Shown here piece by piece: positions 62,364-64,000 of a stretch of 64,000 bases of DNA. Below the pieces are notes generated by a model that was not told where the DNA came from, made no database searches, and worked only from the letters and a program-made list of their open reading frames with translations. Within the stretch, counting starts at the first letter, position 1. Each line of letters starts with the position of its first letter. The DNA is from Leptogorgia sarmentosa. Lineage: Eukaryota. A program made the translations under genes and the position numbers. The stretch spans positions 6,076,001 to 6,140,000 of the forward strand of contig OZ210885.1 of NCBI GenBank assembly GCA_964658305.1, in the 5' to 3' direction.

Positions 62364-64000
62364 TATATTTTTATACATATTAAATATTAGATATTTTTAT
62401 CATAATAAATTATCATCAATAAAATATTAATCAATGTTATCGTAAAATTTCCCTCGATTTGAAAACATATTTCCATTATATTGTGATGTTAAAAATAGCA
62501 GTGGCAAAGCCAGCCTGATAATTTGGTGATGCTATGCAAATATCGAATATTTTTGTGTTCATGCACTTCCTTTGAAGCTATATGTTCCTGCAAAGTGCAC
62601 CTTGGATGATTGGAAGACAGATGTAAGTCATTAAGTATTCATCAGAGATCTGTTTGAAATAAAAACAATGAGGTACTGACCACAGTCCAGGTAGTACACA
62701 GGGACAATTGTACTGGAAGATATTTCGCTAATCCGGCCATCCAAGACTTATTTTAGTATTAAATAAAAAACATCGAAGATCCCAGTAATAAGTGTATATT
62801 AAAATTATATTGTTGTCGCAGTATCAGTACAGTAGCACTAGATCTTTACCTGTCTGTTGATTTTGATACGATCTTCACTTTTTCACTTGTTGTATTTCAT
62901 GTACACAGTCACATATCTTTTGACGAAAAGATTTAAAGCAAGACAGAAACAACCAGAAATAAAAACTCCGAAATAAGAGTTTTGCTCTGGGAGAGACCTG
63001 TTAGGGTTGTTAGGGATATGCTGGTTTTGAGGGCTGGTGGTGGTGGCGGTGGTGTGGACGTTGAAATTGGTGGTGGTGGTGGAGCTGGGGTTGAGGTCGA
63101 TGGTGGTATGCCTGTTGTTGACATTGGCGATAAACATGTCGAGCGCAATGCTGATCACGATGCTGATGGCAGCAGCTGCGGTGGGCCAGCCTGTTGCTGA
63201 CCAGCTGTTGCACTTCAGAACCATCGAAGAGCAGTTCAGTCTCCTTTCAGCATCTCTCGTCTTGGCAATGATGTGATGCTCCTCTGGTACGTGTTCTGAA
63301 TGCCTTGTCTTACCTTGCTGAAAACCGGGTACTCCTCAGCGTGCCGTTCTGGTGACTTGAAAGACATCGTGCGTTCATGCAAAGAGAGTCGGCCGTGGCG
63401 AACCGTTACCCATCCCCATCATCAATGCACAGAAGGAACTTACACAAGTAAATATATCAGCTCAATCGCTTGATTGGTTAATTATGATCCAAGATATGAT
63501 TTTATCGTGCTTATTAAGACATTTATAATTTTATAATTTTGAATTTTCGACCAGGCTATAATTTAATTTCGCGTGTGTTATTAATTTCGCGGGGATTTTT
63601 ATTCGCGATTTTTTTCCAATCGCGAAAATCCCGAAATTTAAGTCGCGCGAAATTAAGTACGAATATTAAAGGTACTATTATTACGGTTTTTTAATAAACT
63701 CTTCTTATGTTTCTATTCGTGTGCAATGGTAAGAATATTTTCATTCGGTGAAAGATAGAATGTTCTATTCAACGAGGCAATATTACATGAAACTGATATT
63801 AATTCTTACCATTACGCTCATAAACGTTCATTATTCGTTTGACTGTCAAAACAGCGTCCCCCCACACTTCATAATTCACAAAACATCACTGGGTTCAACA
63901 GAATTTATTTCGCATAAAGCCCGAATCCACTGACGACGCTAATATGCCACTGATGTCAAGCACAAAGTGTACGTTGCAACCATACCCTCATGAAATGTTC

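Noticed and set aside
62883..63276. Overlapping Pro/His/Gly-rich ORFs
   Set aside because: GGT/CCA-rich low-complexity sequence with no recognisable domain.
1..64000. rRNA, tRNA, prokaryotic operons or defence systems
   Set aside because: None recognised; the only tRNA-related sequence is the copia PBS at 56238-56251.

Overview
AT-rich eukaryotic DNA with GT-AG introns and no operons. The element families suggest a cnidarian or other marine invertebrate (inference). No intact ordinary host gene was found; the window is a stack of nested mobile elements. (1) At least three diverged, fragmented copies of a Polinton/Maverick (adintovirus)-like gene set: packaging ATPase, integrase and PolB N-termini, a pX-like core protein, and a recurring accessory set (MGxxxSK small protein, Fic protein, LRR-mucin-TM protein, GRF zinc-finger protein, CxGC..HPSQ protein). 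(2) A ~4.3 kb cassette pairing a CRESS/parvo-like HUH+SF3 Rep with a convergent Tc1 DD34E transposase between bipartite inverted arms. (3) An apparently intact 6.27 kb Mutator-like element (9-bp TSD) whose 8-exon gene predicts a 1129-aa OTU/GCM-like/MULE/SWIM protein. (4) Decayed BEL/Pao, CR1/L2, Copia, DIRS-type recombinase, DD41D, Tc1, AcademH-type, Helentron-type and Harbinger-type elements. Family assignments come from motif recognition by eye; no database search was run.
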